Positions 22,721 through 29,483 of a DNA stretch of 29,483 nucleotides are shown here, one piece after another. The stretch is from NCBI GenBank assembly GCA_902826385.1, contig CADEEU010000003.1:1-29483 (forward strand), written 5' to 3'. The position numbers and the translations under genes are program-made. Under the pieces are notes generated by a model. It was not told the origin of the DNA. It ran no database searches and saw only the letters and a list, made by a program, of their open reading frames with translations. Source of the stretch: an uncultured Acidobacteriota bacterium (lineage in GTDB: Bacteria > Acidobacteriota > Blastocatellia > Pyrinomonadales > Pyrinomonadaceae). Each line of letters begins with the position of its first letter. Positions within the stretch are counted from its first letter, which is position 1.

Positions 22721-24196
22721 ATGATGCCAGCCGACCCAAATCTTGAAATGGAATTTACGTTTGGATCAGAGAGATCCGGCGTTGTCGATGAGCCGATATT
22801 TCAATTGCTGATGCTAGGCGATTGGACCGCCGACGGCGGCCGGCCGGCGCTCGCGCAGCGGCGTGTTATCGAGATCGACCGAGACAATTTTGACGATGTT
22901 ATGAGAGGCCTCGGCGTCGCGCTGAACCTTGAGGTCGGTGGACAAAACGTCGAGTTGGCGTTCGATTCGCTCGACGATTTTCACCCGGATGAGTTATTTA
23001 AGAACGTGCCGATGTTTGCAGAGCTGCGCGATCTAAGAAAGCGTTTGCGAAATTCCGACACATTCAATTCGGCCGCCCGCGAAGTAAGGGAATGGACAGC
23101 GGCCGAGGCGAAGGAAACAGACGTGGAAGTCAGGACCGAAGCGCCCGCAGCCAGCGATAATTTGCTCGACGCGATCCTTTCGAAACCCGAAGGCGGAGCC
23201 GCTGCTTCAAAGGGCGCGGTGTCAGCGGATATTTCCCGTCTGGTCGGCGAACTGGTGAAGCCGCACCTTGTTACCGTAGATGAGAATGAGCAGACGGCAA
23301 TGGTTGCGGCGGTCGACAACGCTACAAGCGAGCTCATGCGGTCGATTCTTCATAACAAGCGTTTTCAGCTGCTCGAAGCTGCCTGGCGAGGGCTTTTCTT
23401 TCTCGTTCGACGGACCGAAACCGCTTCAGACTTGCGCATCTTCATTATGGATGTTCCCAAATCCGACCTAGCGGAAGACGTAAAATCCGAGGCGACGGTG
23501 TTCAAGAAAATAGCCGCCGGGAAGAATGAAGATCCCTTTGCCGCGGTGTTTGGAAATTACGCTTTAAGCCCGGAAGTAGACGATGTCGCCGCACTCATTC
23601 GAATAGCCAAGGCAGCGGCGGCTGTACGAACGCCATTCGTCTCGCATATCCGTCCAGACATTCTGGGCATCGAGTCGCTGGCGAACCATCCCGACTCGGA
23701 CGAATGGGACGTTTCCGGCTCAACCGACGCGGGAAAACTTTGGAACGCAGTGCGCGAAGTACCGGAAACACAATCCCTCGGCCTGGTAATACCTCGCTTT
23801 ATTGCTCGACTGCCTTACGGCGAAGATACGGAACCGACGGAAGCCTTTTCGTTCGAAGAATTTACGGATGAGCACAGACACGACGACTATCTTTGGGCAA
23901 ACGGGTGTTTCGCCGTTGCCCAGCTTCTTGCCAGGACCTACACCGAGCGCGGCTGGCAGTTTGGAGAGTACTTTGCTCAAGACATCAGCGGTTTGCCGCT
24001 GCATGTTTACAAACAGGACGGCCAAGCCGTTTACCAGTCATGCGCCGAGATACAACTTAGTCAGAATGCCGCACAAAAACTAGCGGATTATGGGCTGATG
24101 CCGATAGTTTCATTTAAGAACATGGACCAAATTCGCCTTGTACGGTTTCAATCGATCTCATCTTCGGTGCCGACGCTTGCGGGTCGATGGCAATAA
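22721..24196 (+). CDS. TssB(VipA)-TssC(VipB) contractile-sheath domain fusion protein, C-terminally shortened
   Basis: TssB-like IDRDNFDDVM...F.SLDDFHPD.L; TssC-like ILH...FQ.LEAAWRGL.FLV, PRF.ARLPYG and YLW.N; AAGGAGA Shine-Dalgarno. Confidence 0.82.
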   Translation: MMPADPNLEMEFTFGSERSGVVDEPIFQLLMLGDWTADGGRPALAQRRVIEIDRDNFDDVMRGLGVALNLEVGGQNVELAFDSLDDFHPDELFKNVPMFAELRDLRKRLRNSDTFNSAAREVREWTAAEAKETDVEVRTEAPAASDNLLDAILSKPEGGAAASKGAVSADISRLVGELVKPHLVTVDENEQTAMVAAVDNATSELMRSILHNKRFQLLEAAWRGLFFLVRRTETASDLRIFIMDVPKSDLAEDVKSEATVFKKIAAGKNEDPFAAVFGNYALSPEVDDVAALIRIAKAAAAVRTPFVSHIRPDILGIESLANHPDSDEWDVSGSTDAGKLWNAVREVPETQSLGLVIPRFIARLPYGEDTEPTEAFSFEEFTDEHRHDDYLWANGCFAVAQLLARTYTERGWQFGEYFAQDISGLPLHVYKQDGQAVYQSCAEIQLSQNAAQKLADYGLMPIVSFKNMDQIRLVRFQSISSSVPTLAGRWQ

Positions 24197-24264
24197 ACAA
24201 CCAACTTTGGAACTACCGCAAGGACGAGATCTAACGTGTCCGGTTATACTAATACTTGTGGGTA

Positions 24265-26154
24265 ATGTTTGACGAGAAATTTGATGTAATCGTAATTGGG
24301 GCCGGACACGCTGGCTGCGAGGCTGCTTCGGCGGCCGCGCGGTTGGGAGCGCGGACGGCTTTGGTAACGATAAACTTGGACCTGATCGGCCAAATGTCAT
24401 GTAATCCGGCCGTCGGCGGGATCGCTAAAGGCCATGTTGTTAGAGAGATAGACGCTCTTGGCGGAATAATGGGCCGTGTGATCGACCGCACGGGCATTCA
24501 GTTCAGGTTGTTGAACCGATCACGCGGTCCCGCGGTACAGTCGCCGCGTGCCCAGGCCGACCGAAGTTTGTACCGTGCTGAGATGCGCCGGGTTTTAGAA
24601 GCAACGCCCGACCTGCATCTGCGACAAGGTGTCGTTGTCAGTCTAATTGTTGAAAACAAAAGTGTTATCGGCGTCGAAATGCAGGACACACGTCGATTTG
24701 AAGCAAAAGCCGTCGTGATCGCGACCGGGACATTTCTTAACGGCACCATTCACACAGGAAACCAGACATTTTCGGCCGGTCGTGCGGGCGAGCCAGCATC
24801 GATTGAGTTGGCCGAAGCCCTTAAGAATCAAGGGTTTCCGGTCGGACGACTCAAAACAGGGACGCCGCCGAGACTGGATGGCCGGACCATCGATTGGGGC
24901 GCGTTCGAAGCCCAACCGCCGGACGAAAAGCCGGTGGCATTCTCATTTGCTACCGAAAAGATCGAACAGCCGCAAATCCAATGTTTTATTGGGTATACAA
25001 GCGATAAGCTGCATCAGACGATTCGCGACAATTTGCACCAGTCGCCGCTTTATTCCGGCAAGATTAAGGGCATCGGGCCGCGTTACTGTCCGTCGATCGA
25101 AGACAAGGTCGTGAAGTTTGCCGACAAGGACCGGCACCAGCTATTTCTTGAGCCTGAAGGACATAACACTCACGAGGTATATCTAAACGGCTTTTCAACC
25201 TCGCTTCCGTCTGCTTTGCAGCTCGAACTTCTTAGAATGATACCGGGTTTCGAGACGGTTCAGATTATTCGGCCCGGCTACGCGATCGAATACGATTTTG
25301 TGGATCCGCGCGAGCTCCGGTCGACCATGGAGTCGACGCGGATGAACGGCCTGTTTCTTGCCGGGCAAATAAACGGCACCACGGGTTATGAGGAAGCGGC
25401 GTGTCAAGGATTGTTGGCAGGCGTAAATGCCGCATTTTCGGTCCAGGGCAGGAAAGCCTTTACGCTTGGCCGAGAAGAAGCTTATATCGGTGTTTTGGCG
25501 GACGATCTTATCCAGCATGGTGTCGATGAGCCTTATCGCCTTTTCACATCGCGGGCGGAGGCTCGTTTGCGGCTGCGTCATGACAACGCTGATCAAAGGC
25601 TTTCCCCGAAAGGCAGGGACATCGGCTTGGTTGGTGATAATGATTGGGAAAGGTTCAATAGCAGGCGTGACCGGATCGCAAGTCTAAGAAACGTGCTGGA
25701 TGAAAGCAGATTTAAGCGTTCATCGGCAGAATATGCGGGCGTATCGCAGATTTTGGGCCGCGATCTAGGTGACGCGTTCACGCTCTCGCAGCTTTCGATG
25801 CGGCAGGGCGTCACGCCGGAAATTATTTATCGGCTGCTGCCGCAGCCGACGCGGACGTCAATTAATCTCGCCGAGCTCGAAACAGCACTGGCGGACTCGC
25901 TCTACAGCGGCTATATAGCTAAACAGGATTTAGCGACCGAGCGCGTCAATCATCACGATACATTGAAAGTGCCGGAAGCATTCGAATTCGCCTCCATCGG
26001 CGGGTTGTCTAACGAAATGATCGAACGGCTTGAGCGAGCTCAACCCCGCACCTTTGCCCAAGTTAGAAAAATATCGGGACTTACTCCGGCGGCCGTGTCG
26101 TCGGTTCTCGTTCACCTTACCGCGAATAGCCCGGCTAGCTCGTCGAAAAACTAG
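24265..26154 (+). CDS. mnmG: tRNA uridine-5-carboxymethylaminomethyl(34) synthesis enzyme MnmG
   Basis: [41 protein letters not shown] and [14 protein letters not shown]. Confidence 0.98.
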   Translation: MFDEKFDVIVIGAGHAGCEAASAAARLGARTALVTINLDLIGQMSCNPAVGGIAKGHVVREIDALGGIMGRVIDRTGIQFRLLNRSRGPAVQSPRAQADRSLYRAEMRRVLEATPDLHLRQGVVVSLIVENKSVIGVEMQDTRRFEAKAVVIATGTFLNGTIHTGNQTFSAGRAGEPASIELAEALKNQGFPVGRLKTGTPPRLDGRTIDWGAFEAQPPDEKPVAFSFATEKIEQPQIQCFIGYTSDKLHQTIRDNLHQSPLYSGKIKGIGPRYCPSIEDKVVKFADKDRHQLFLEPEGHNTHEVYLNGFSTSLPSALQLELLRMIPGFETVQIIRPGYAIEYDFVDPRELRSTMESTRMNGLFLAGQINGTTGYEEAACQGLLAGVNAAFSVQGRKAFTLGREEAYIGVLADDLIQHGVDEPYRLFTSRAEARLRLRHDNADQRLSPKGRDIGLVGDNDWERFNSRRDRIASLRNVLDESRFKRSSAEYAGVSQILGRDLGDAFTLSQLSMRQGVTPEIIYRLLPQPTRTSINLAELETALADSLYSGYIAKQDLATERVNHHDTLKVPEAFEFASIGGLSNEMIERLERAQPRTFAQVRKISGLTPAAVSSVLVHLTANSPASSSKN

Positions 26155-26157
26155 GAT

Positions 26158-26173
26158 TGTGGCACGTGCCACA
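26158..26173. promoter_or_regulatory. Putative variant parS site 1 (TGTGGCACGTGCCACA)
   Basis: Perfect 16-bp palindrome with the parS length and CACGTG core, upstream of parA. Confidence 0.75.
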
Positions 26174-26223
26174 TTTAATACGGCCTCACTAAACCCCAAA
26201 AACGGAATTATCGGCTTCACCTG

Positions 26224-26239
26224 TGTGGTACGTGCCACA
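26224..26239. promoter_or_regulatory. Putative variant parS site 2 (TGTGGTACGTGCCACA)
   Basis: 15/16 match to site 1, starting 66 bp downstream of it. Confidence 0.72.
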
Positions 26240-26315
26240 TTCACTGTCGGATCCGCATCACTGATTACAAGTTCAGCGTGGCCGTGTGATAACTTTATAG
26301 AGAGTATTGCTTACT

Positions 26316-27077
26316 ATGGGTCGAATAATTGCAGTCGCAAACCAAAAAGGCGGCGTCGGGAAAACTACGACGGCGATAAACCTGGCTGCGGCCCTGGCTC
26401 TAGAGAAAAGAAAAGTCCTGTTGATCGACGCCGATCCGCAGGGAAACGCAACGTCGGGCTCGGGCATTCAGCGTTCAAACGGCCGAAGAAATCTCTATCA
26501 CGCGCTTATTTCGGGCGAGCCGGTTCGTGATCTGGTATTGCCGACAGAGATCTCGACAATGTGGGTTGTTCCTTCGGACAAGAATCTGGCGGGCATCGAG
26601 ATCGAGTTCAGCGAGGCCGAAAATCGAGCTACGGTACTCCGTGATCTTTTGCGTGAGATAAAGGACTATTTTCACTTCATTATAGTGGATTGTCCGCCAT
26701 CGCTCGGCGTTCTTACGGTAAACGGCCTGACAGCTGCGGATTCGCTGCTCATTCCGGTACAGTGTGAGTATTTTGCCCTCGAAGGTGTAACTGAACTGTT
26801 TGAAACACTTACGCGGCTGAAAAGAGAGCTGAATCCGAACCTGATGATCGAAGGCCTGCTTCTTACAATGTTCGACGAAAGGACAAATCTTTCATCGGCT
26901 GTGGCGAAGGACCTGCGGGATTTTTACGGATCGCAGGTTTTTAATACGGTGATTCCGCGCAACGTGCGTTTGGCCGAGGCTCCGAGCTTTGGCAAGCCGG
27001 TACTGCTTTACGATCCCAGATCGCGTGGAGCCGAGGCGTATATCAACCTGGCAAAGGAGGTCATTAATCATGGCTAG
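26316..27077 (+). CDS. parA: Chromosome partitioning ATPase ParA/Soj
   Basis: ANQKGGVGKTTTA, DADPQGNAT, DCPPSLG, PVQCEYFALEG and IPRNVRLAEAPSFG. Confidence 0.97.
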   Translation: MGRIIAVANQKGGVGKTTTAINLAAALALEKRKVLLIDADPQGNATSGSGIQRSNGRRNLYHALISGEPVRDLVLPTEISTMWVVPSDKNLAGIEIEFSEAENRATVLRDLLREIKDYFHFIIVDCPPSLGVLTVNGLTAADSLLIPVQCEYFALEGVTELFETLTRLKRELNPNLMIEGLLLTMFDERTNLSSAVAKDLRDFYGSQVFNTVIPRNVRLAEAPSFGKPVLLYDPRSRGAEAYINLAKEVINHG

Positions 27078-27927
27078 ACAATCGCTCGGCCGAGGATTGA
27101 GCGCTCTTCTGGGTGACGAGAGCCCGAAAGACAACGTAATCGAACTCGGCATCGAGCAGATAGTTCCGAATTCGGAGCAGCCACGGACGCGTTTTGAAGA
27201 GTCGGCGCTGGAAGAACTTGCCCAATCAATTAAGGCAAATGGAATCGTCCAGCCGATCGTGGTCCGCAAAACGGACGGAGGCCACCAAATCGTGGCTGGC
27301 GAACGACGGTGGCGGGCTGCGCAAAAGGCAGGCCTGCGACGCGTGCCGGTCGTTGTTCGTGAAGTTACGGATGAAAAGCTCCTCGAGTTGGCATTGATAG
27401 AGAATATTCAGCGTCAAGAGCTAAACCCGATCGAAGAGGCTCGGGCATTCCGCAAACTTATTGATAATATTGGTCTTACGCAGGAAATGGTGGCGGAGCG
27501 TGTGGGTAAAGAGCGGTCGCTGATAGCGACTTCGCTTAGGCTTCTCAAGCTTCCGGATGAGGTGCTGGGCTTTATCGAAGAAGGAAAAATATCCGCCGGG
27601 CACGGACGTGTCCTGTTGATGGCCAACGATTCCGCGACGCAACGGCGCGTCGCAAAAACCATTGTTGCGATGTCACTGTCGGTCCGCGAGACCGAGAGGT
27701 TGATAAAAAAATCCGGCACATCAGAAAAGCAAACTACTGATACTAAAAGGGTTAGTGGTCAGCGAGATGCCAATTTGATATCCGCGGAATCAAAGCTGCG
27801 GCGCAGGCTTGGGACGAACGTAAACATTCTTCCCTCCAAAAGCGGCGTCGGAGGGAAAGTGGAGATTGAATATTATTCCATGGATGATCTTGACCGCGTG
27901 TACCAAGCCATAATAGGAGCTAACTGA
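27070..27927 (+). CDS. parB: Chromosome partitioning protein ParB/Spo0J
   Basis: LGRGLSALL, QPRTRF, the CTP motif GERRWRAA, ENIQRQELNPIEEA and an HTH; the start overlaps the parA end by 8 nt. Confidence 0.97.
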   Translation: MARQSLGRGLSALLGDESPKDNVIELGIEQIVPNSEQPRTRFEESALEELAQSIKANGIVQPIVVRKTDGGHQIVAGERRWRAAQKAGLRRVPVVVREVTDEKLLELALIENIQRQELNPIEEARAFRKLIDNIGLTQEMVAERVGKERSLIATSLRLLKLPDEVLGFIEEGKISAGHGRVLLMANDSATQRRVAKTIVAMSLSVRETERLIKKSGTSEKQTTDTKRVSGQRDANLISAESKLRRRLGTNVNILPSKSGVGGKVEIEYYSMDDLDRVYQAIIGAN

Positions 27928-27938
27928 GGAAAACAGAG

Positions 27939-28370
27939 GTGTTATTGTTTATCTTCGAATTTCTGGGAACGGCCGAGGTGATTCTAATCGGAATCGTCGC
28001 TCTGATATTTCTCGGTCCGCGTAAACTCCCTGAGATTGCCAAGAAGATGGGCAAAATAATGGCCGACTTTCGCAACACTACCAGCGAATTTAAGGAAACC
28101 TGGGAGCGCGAGGTGAATTTTGAAGAAGAAGCCAAAGCCCTGAGAAATCTTGACGATGACCCAGTTCCGCGGATTACGCCTTCAACCTCAGGGGCGGAAA
28201 TCGAAGGTATTTCCGCCCCTGAAGTAAAGCAAATAGACGCTGCCGCCTTTAACGACGCATCCTCGAAACCGGAAAACGGCGCGAAACAAACGGAACTCGA
28301 CACTGACAATGATCAGACCATTGAGAAAAAGGTCGAAACATCGTTGTCCGATAAGAAGAACTGGCTGTAA
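27939..28370 (+). CDS. tatB: Twin-arginine translocase TatB-like (TatA/B family) subunit
   Basis: EVILIGIVALIFLGPRKLPEIA, then an amphipathic helix and acidic tail; lies directly before tatC. Confidence 0.82.
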   Translation: MLLFIFEFLGTAEVILIGIVALIFLGPRKLPEIAKKMGKIMADFRNTTSEFKETWEREVNFEEEAKALRNLDDDPVPRITPSTSGAEIEGISAPEVKQIDAAAFNDASSKPENGAKQTELDTDNDQTIEKKVETSLSDKKNWL

Positions 28371-28403
28371 CGGCCTTTGAATGTGACGCGTATATAGTTG
28401 TAA

Positions 28404-29468
28404 ATGAACGAGTTAAAGACAGGAAGAGGTGAAGACCAGCTAGGGTCTCAGATGTCGTTTCTCGATCACCTGGACGAGTTGCGCAAGCGACTCGTAAATT
28501 CGGTTGTCATCATCATAATTGCGTTTGTTGTGTGCTTTGCCTTTTCCGACGACATCTTCGCCTTTTTAGAAGTACCGGTTCGCCGTGCGCTGTCCGAAGC
28601 ACAGCGTCGAGAAGTTCCGGTGACCGGTCTTACGGGTGATGAGAGGGTTCTGCCGCTAAATACACTTAAAGAAGGTGACCGGGGGCGTTTCGTCTTTTCC
28701 GAATCGACCAAACTTGGAACGGGCGTGATACAGCCGGGTGGTTCGGTGGATTCGGTGGTCGTTCGGGATTCTAACGGGCAGCTTTCATTGTTTACGGATG
28801 AACCGATCTACACTACCACTGCCGTTATACCAAAGGGCGTAAGACTACCGGTAAATTTCGGGGTCGATGTGAATTCCGAGCTTAGCGACGAAAAGCTGAT
28901 CGTGACGACGGCCCAGGAATCGTTCACGCTTTACGTCACTGTATCCCTGTATGCGGCCATCGCCGTCTCGATACCGCTGCTGCTTATTCAAGTTTGGGGA
29001 TTTATTTCGCCGGCACTCTACCGACATGAGCGGGCCTACGTAGTCCCGTTTGTTTTGCTTTCGAGCATTTCGTTCGTAGGCGGAGCCGCCTTTGCCTATT
29101 ACATATTGTTTCCGCCGGCCGTCGGATATCTGCTCGGCTTGGCCGAAGAGTTTCGGCCGCTTCTGCGCGCCACGGACTATTTCGATCTGATAACGCTGAT
29201 CATGCTCGCTATGGGCCTGATCTTTCAAATGCCCGCTATTACCTATGTTTTAAGCCGCATTGGCATAGTCTCCGCCAACTTCCTGATCAAAAGCTGGAAG
29301 CTGGCACTGGTAATAATCTTGATCGTGGCGGCTATAGTTTCACCGACCGGGGATATCCCAAATTTAATGCTTTTTGCGACGCCCATGATGGTGCTTTACC
29401 TTGTTTCGATATTTATCGCGTGGATATTCGGTAAGAAGCGGACACCAGACGACATTCAGCCCGCTTAA
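28404..29468 (+). CDS. tatC: Twin-arginine translocase subunit TatC with enlarged first periplasmic loop
   Basis: MSFLDHLDELRKRL, QVWGFISPALY..E, FAYYILFP, FQMP and SPTGD. Confidence 0.95.
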   Translation: MNELKTGRGEDQLGSQMSFLDHLDELRKRLVNSVVIIIIAFVVCFAFSDDIFAFLEVPVRRALSEAQRREVPVTGLTGDERVLPLNTLKEGDRGRFVFSESTKLGTGVIQPGGSVDSVVVRDSNGQLSLFTDEPIYTTTAVIPKGVRLPVNFGVDVNSELSDEKLIVTTAQESFTLYVTVSLYAAIAVSIPLLLIQVWGFISPALYRHERAYVVPFVLLSSISFVGGAAFAYYILFPPAVGYLLGLAEEFRPLLRATDYFDLITLIMLAMGLIFQMPAITYVLSRIGIVSANFLIKSWKLALVIILIVAAIVSPTGDIPNLMLFATPMMVLYLVSIFIAWIFGKKRTPDDIQPA

Positions 29469-29483
29469 AGCAACCTCCCAAGG

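Noticed and set aside
22721-24196. Calling a type VI secretion system locus
   Set aside because: Only a fused, shortened sheath gene is present; no other T6SS component is in the window.
11-29228. Numerous short or antisense ORFs in the six-frame track (e.g. 166..627, 3460..4062, 10755..11354, 18286..19167)
   Set aside because: They lie opposite or out of frame to well-supported genes and have no recognisable motifs; this is expected shadow-ORF behaviour in GC-rich DNA.
1-29483. CRISPR arrays, tRNA/rRNA genes, transposases or integrases
   Set aside because: I saw no regularly spaced direct repeats, RNA-gene signatures or recombinase motifs, and the intergenic gaps are short.

Overview
Bacterial chromosomal window with two parts. 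Gene style suggests Acidobacteriota, possibly Blastocatellia-like, but that is an inference I cannot confirm. (1) Positions 1-13870 hold a divergently transcribed redox locus that I cannot match to a characterised system. The leftward genes encode a secreted protein with two GlcG/HbpS heme-binding domains, a Cys-rich secreted protein, two nonaheme cytochromes built from three c7-like modules (one a lipoprotein), a tetraheme c3-type cytochrome, a zinc-ribbon membrane protein and a cytoplasmic 2x cNMP-binding plus 4x[4Fe-4S] protein. That last gene runs off the left edge and is absent from the ORF track. The rightward genes encode an outer-membrane beta-barrel, a 1.3-kaa decaheme cytochrome fused to LVIVD beta-propeller repeats, and a 4-TM protein. 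Together the four cytochromes carry 32 heme-c attachment motifs. (2) Positions 14047-29468 hold a Zn-finger/pseudo-receiver gene and pilT/pilU, then the typically origin-proximal cluster rpmH-rnpA-yidD-yidC-jag-mnmE, a ROK regulator, an orphan TssB-TssC fusion, and mnmG-parA-parB-tatB-tatC. Oddities in part 2 include two non-canonical parS-like palindromes (TGTGGCACGTGCCACA) before parA and an rnpA frame whose only canonical start lies upstream of rpmH and overlaps it completely. MnmE has DTAC in place of the DTAG motif, TatC has a ~100-aa periplasmic insertion, and several unrelated palindromic elements occupy the intergenic gaps. I found no rRNA, tRNA, CRISPR array or transposase.
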